Assembly (NCBI GenBank): GCA_938088195.1
Contig: CALKEO010000001.1
Span: forward strand, 16,716 to 80,715
Reading direction: 5' to 3'
Source of the DNA: an uncultured Flavobacteriaceae bacterium
Lineage (GTDB): Bacteria > Bacteroidota > Bacteroidia > Flavobacteriales > Flavobacteriaceae
DNA: 64,000 bases
The stretch's first letter is position 1; each line of letters opens with the position of its first letter. The translations under genes and the position numbers were made by a program. This document shows, piece after piece, positions 61,820 through 64,000 of this stretch. A model generated the notes under the pieces. It was not told the origin of the DNA. It saw only the letters and a program-made list of their open reading frames with translations, and did not search any database.

Positions 61820-62356
61820 TTAAAAATTCAAATTTAATGATAATCCTACAGATTCTGGTCCTAGTTTTGATCCGCCATCAAAGTAAGGATTTAATGTAAG
61901 ATTTTCATTAACATTGTATTGTTTTAAATGGGCATCTATATTAGCATCTAAAACGTTTAAAATATAAAAGCCGACGGTAAAAACCATTGAAAGATCTCTA
62001 TTTTTTTTATGAAAACTAGCACCATCTAAGAGTCTATCGTCATCAATTATTAAATTTTGAAATTCATCACTACTATATCCAGCTTTTCTGCTTTTGTAAG
62101 CATTTCTGTAGCTCCAATATTTTTTATTATTAAAATCATAAGAATAAATGGATGTTCCAATGGCAGCATAAACAATAGGTATTTTCCAATATTTTTTATT
62201 AAATGCTTGACCTGCACCTGGAAACACTGCTGAAAAAAAAGCTGCCTTAGAGGGATCTAAAGGATCTAAATCATCATATAAAATTTCTGAATCCTGTGAA
62301 AAACTATTAGATATAAAAAATAAAGTAACTAAAAATATCAGTTTATTTATTTCCAT
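61820..62356 (-). CDS. DUF5683-family membrane/exported protein
   Basis: 178 aa. Signal peptide and the SAVFPGAGQAFNKKYWKIPIVY motif. Occupies the usual position downstream of parB in Flavobacteriia. Confidence 0.7.
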   Translation of the reverse strand: MEINKLIFLVTLFFISNSFSQDSEILYDDLDPLDPSKAAFFSAVFPGAGQAFNKKYWKIPIVYAAIGTSIYSYDFNNKKYWSYRNAYKSRKAGYSSDEFQNLIIDDDRLLDGASFHKKNRDLSMVFTVGFYILNVLDANIDAHLKQYNVNENLTLNPYFDGGSKLGPESVGLSLNLNF

Positions 62357-63236
62357 TTAATTTTTTATTTAACTCTTTAAATTCATCAATATTATTAAAT
62401 GGAATTATAATTGATCCTTTTTCTTTTCCGTTTAACGTTATTTTAACTTCTGAATTGTATTTATTTTTTAGCTTTTTTAAGCTAGTATTAAAAGGTTCTT
62501 TAAATAATTTTATTTTTAATTTTTTTTCAGATTTTTTTGATTTATTAGCTAATATTTCTGTTTCTCTAACAGAAAGAGATTTTTCCAAAATCTTTTCGTA
62601 AATGTTTAATTGATCTTCTTTATTTTCGATAGTTACTAAAGATCTTCCATGACCCATTGAAATAAACCCATCACGAATGCCTGTTTGAACAATGGGATCC
62701 AATTTTAATAATCTTAAATAATTTGAAATTGTTGATCTTTTTTTACCAACTCTTTCACTCATTTTTTCCTGAGTTAACATTACTTCATCGATTAACCTTT
62801 TATAGCACAAAGCAATTTCGATTGGATCTAAGTTTTCTCTTTGAATATTTTCAACCAAAGCCATTTCTAAGGACTCTTTATCATTAGCAATTCTAACAAA
62901 TGCTGGAATAGATTTTAACATTAAAGACTGAACTGCTCTAAATCTTCTTTCCCCTGAAATAATTTCAAAAGATTTTATATCAATTTTCCTTACAGTTATT
63001 GGTTGAATTATCCCCAGTTCTTGAATTGATTTAGCTAATTCAATTATTTTCTCTTCTTCAAAATTAGTCCTTGGTTGAAATGGATTTACTTTGATTTGAT
63101 CAATTGATAGTTCAATTATATTTCCAATTATTTGGTCAGCATTTTTATCTTTTGCTGATTTTATATCTTCAATAGGATCATTTAATAAGGCAGATAATCC
63201 TCTCCCAAGTGATTGTTTTTTATAAGCTTTTGCCAT
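62343..63236 (-). CDS. parB: Chromosome partitioning protein ParB
   Basis: 297 aa. GLSALL, ISGERRFRA, and HTH region QEKMSERVGKKRSTISNYLRLL. Confidence 0.95.
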   Translation of the reverse strand: MAKAYKKQSLGRGLSALLNDPIEDIKSAKDKNADQIIGNIIELSIDQIKVNPFQPRTNFEEEKIIELAKSIQELGIIQPITVRKIDIKSFEIISGERRFRAVQSLMLKSIPAFVRIANDKESLEMALVENIQRENLDPIEIALCYKRLIDEVMLTQEKMSERVGKKRSTISNYLRLLKLDPIVQTGIRDGFISMGHGRSLVTIENKEDQLNIYEKILEKSLSVRETEILANKSKKSEKKLKIKLFKEPFNTSLKKLKNKYNSEVKITLNGKEKGSIIIPFNNIDEFKELNKKLNGNK

Positions 63237-64000
63237 TAAAAATTATTATTTATTAGTTCTTGAGCTAGATTAATATAATTCTTTGCTCCCTTGCTTGTTG
63301 AGTCATAATCAATAATGTTTTTTCCATGACTTGGAGCTTCTCCTAATTTTACATTACGTTGTATAATAGTTTTAAACACCATATTATGAAAATGTTTCTT
63401 GACCTCTTCAACAACTTGATTAGAAAGTCTTAATCTTGAGTCATACATTGTTAATAAGAGTCCTTCAATTTCTAAACTTTTATTATGAATCTTTTGAATA
63501 CTTTTTATTGTATTCAATAGTTTTCCTAAGCCTTCCAAGGCATAATATTCACATTGGATTGGTATTATTACTGAGTCAGCTGCTGTTAGTGCATTTAAAG
63601 TAATTAATCCAAGAGATGGCGCACAATCAATAATTATATAGTCATATTTGTCATTAACGTCGCTCAAAGCTTCTTTGAGCATAAATTCTCTATTAGGATG
63701 ATTAACTAACTCAAGCTCAATAGCAACTAAATCGATGTTTGATGGTACAATATCTAAGTTTGGTGTTGTTGATTTTAAAATTATCTCTTTAATTTTATGA
63801 GTATGTTCAAGTAAGTGGTAAGAAGATTTTTTTATATTACTCAATTCTATACCAATACCAGATGTGGCATTTGCTTGCGGATCTAAATCAATTAGCAAAA
63901 CCTTTTTTTCTAAAATTCCAAGACATGCAGCAAGATTTAGTGAAGTAGTAGTTTTACCTACTCCACCCTTTTGATTTGAAACAGCAATAGTTTTAGCCAT
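63236..64000 (-). CDS. parA: Chromosome partitioning ATPase ParA/Soj
   Basis: 254 aa. Deviant Walker A NQKGGVGKTT. The ATG occupies the last three bases of the window, so the ORF is complete. 1-nt overlap with parB. Confidence 0.95.
   Translation of the reverse strand: MAKTIAVSNQKGGVGKTTTSLNLAACLGILEKKVLLIDLDPQANATSGIGIELSNIKKSSYHLLEHTHKIKEIILKSTTPNLDIVPSNIDLVAIELELVNHPNREFMLKEALSDVNDKYDYIIIDCAPSLGLITLNALTAADSVIIPIQCEYYALEGLGKLLNTIKSIQKIHNKSLEIEGLLLTMYDSRLRLSNQVVEEVKKHFHNMVFKTIIQRNVKLGEAPSHGKNIIDYDSTSKGAKNYINLAQELINNNF

Noticed and set aside
1-64000. Scan for CRISPR arrays, transposases or IS ends, prophage or defence genes, tRNA/rRNA/tmRNA genes and riboswitches
   Set aside because: No regularly spaced repeats, inverted-repeat-bounded elements or GC-rich structured RNA patches were seen other than rnpB. 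Every spacer upstream of a candidate riboswitch-regulated gene is shorter than 150 nt. The window appears to be purely core chromosome.

Overview
Strongly AT-rich, very gene-dense chromosomal segment that looks like core Flavobacteriia (Bacteroidota) genome. Supporting this are the family content (DUF4835, DUF5683, WbqC-lepB-dapB, bamD-rpoZ-coaBC order), the absence of Shine-Dalgarno sequences before most starts, and TAnnTTTG-type -7 boxes. I call 62 protein genes, almost all housekeeping. They cover replication and repair (ligA, recN, dnaX, xerD, parAB), translation (rpsA, prfB, prmC fragment), chaperone and protease (dnaK, lon), Leu, Lys, CoA, pyrimidine and polyphosphate metabolism, and envelope functions. 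There is one ncRNA, a compact RNase P RNA at 58504-58789. By my calls only about 1.65 kb is intergenic, roughly 97% coding. Several convergent gene pairs abut or overlap. I see no tRNA or rRNA genes, CRISPR arrays, transposases, integrases other than xerD, prophage genes or defence islands. I do not find a convincing novel multi-gene system, so this reads as an ordinary core region. Two annotation-critical points are missed by the ORF track. First, prfB needs a programmed +1 frameshift (CTT TGA C at 41787-41793) and extends to 41853. Second, a 59-codon two-helix membrane ORF (35477-35656) lies just under the ORF cutoff. The leads most worth a second look are: (1) an adjacent CBS-like PLP enzyme and alpha-oxoamine synthase, possibly sulfonolipid steps 1-2; (2) an A11 tract at the domain III/IV boundary of dnaX with immediate stops in both alternative frames; (3) a coupled MsrB pair whose upstream copy lacks the His/Trp active-site residues; (4) a leu operon with a short LeuA plus a long CimA-like paralog; (5) a histidine phosphatase translationally coupled to ppk1-ppx; (6) a Lys-rich N-terminal extension on S1; (7) a reduced 286-nt RNase P RNA.
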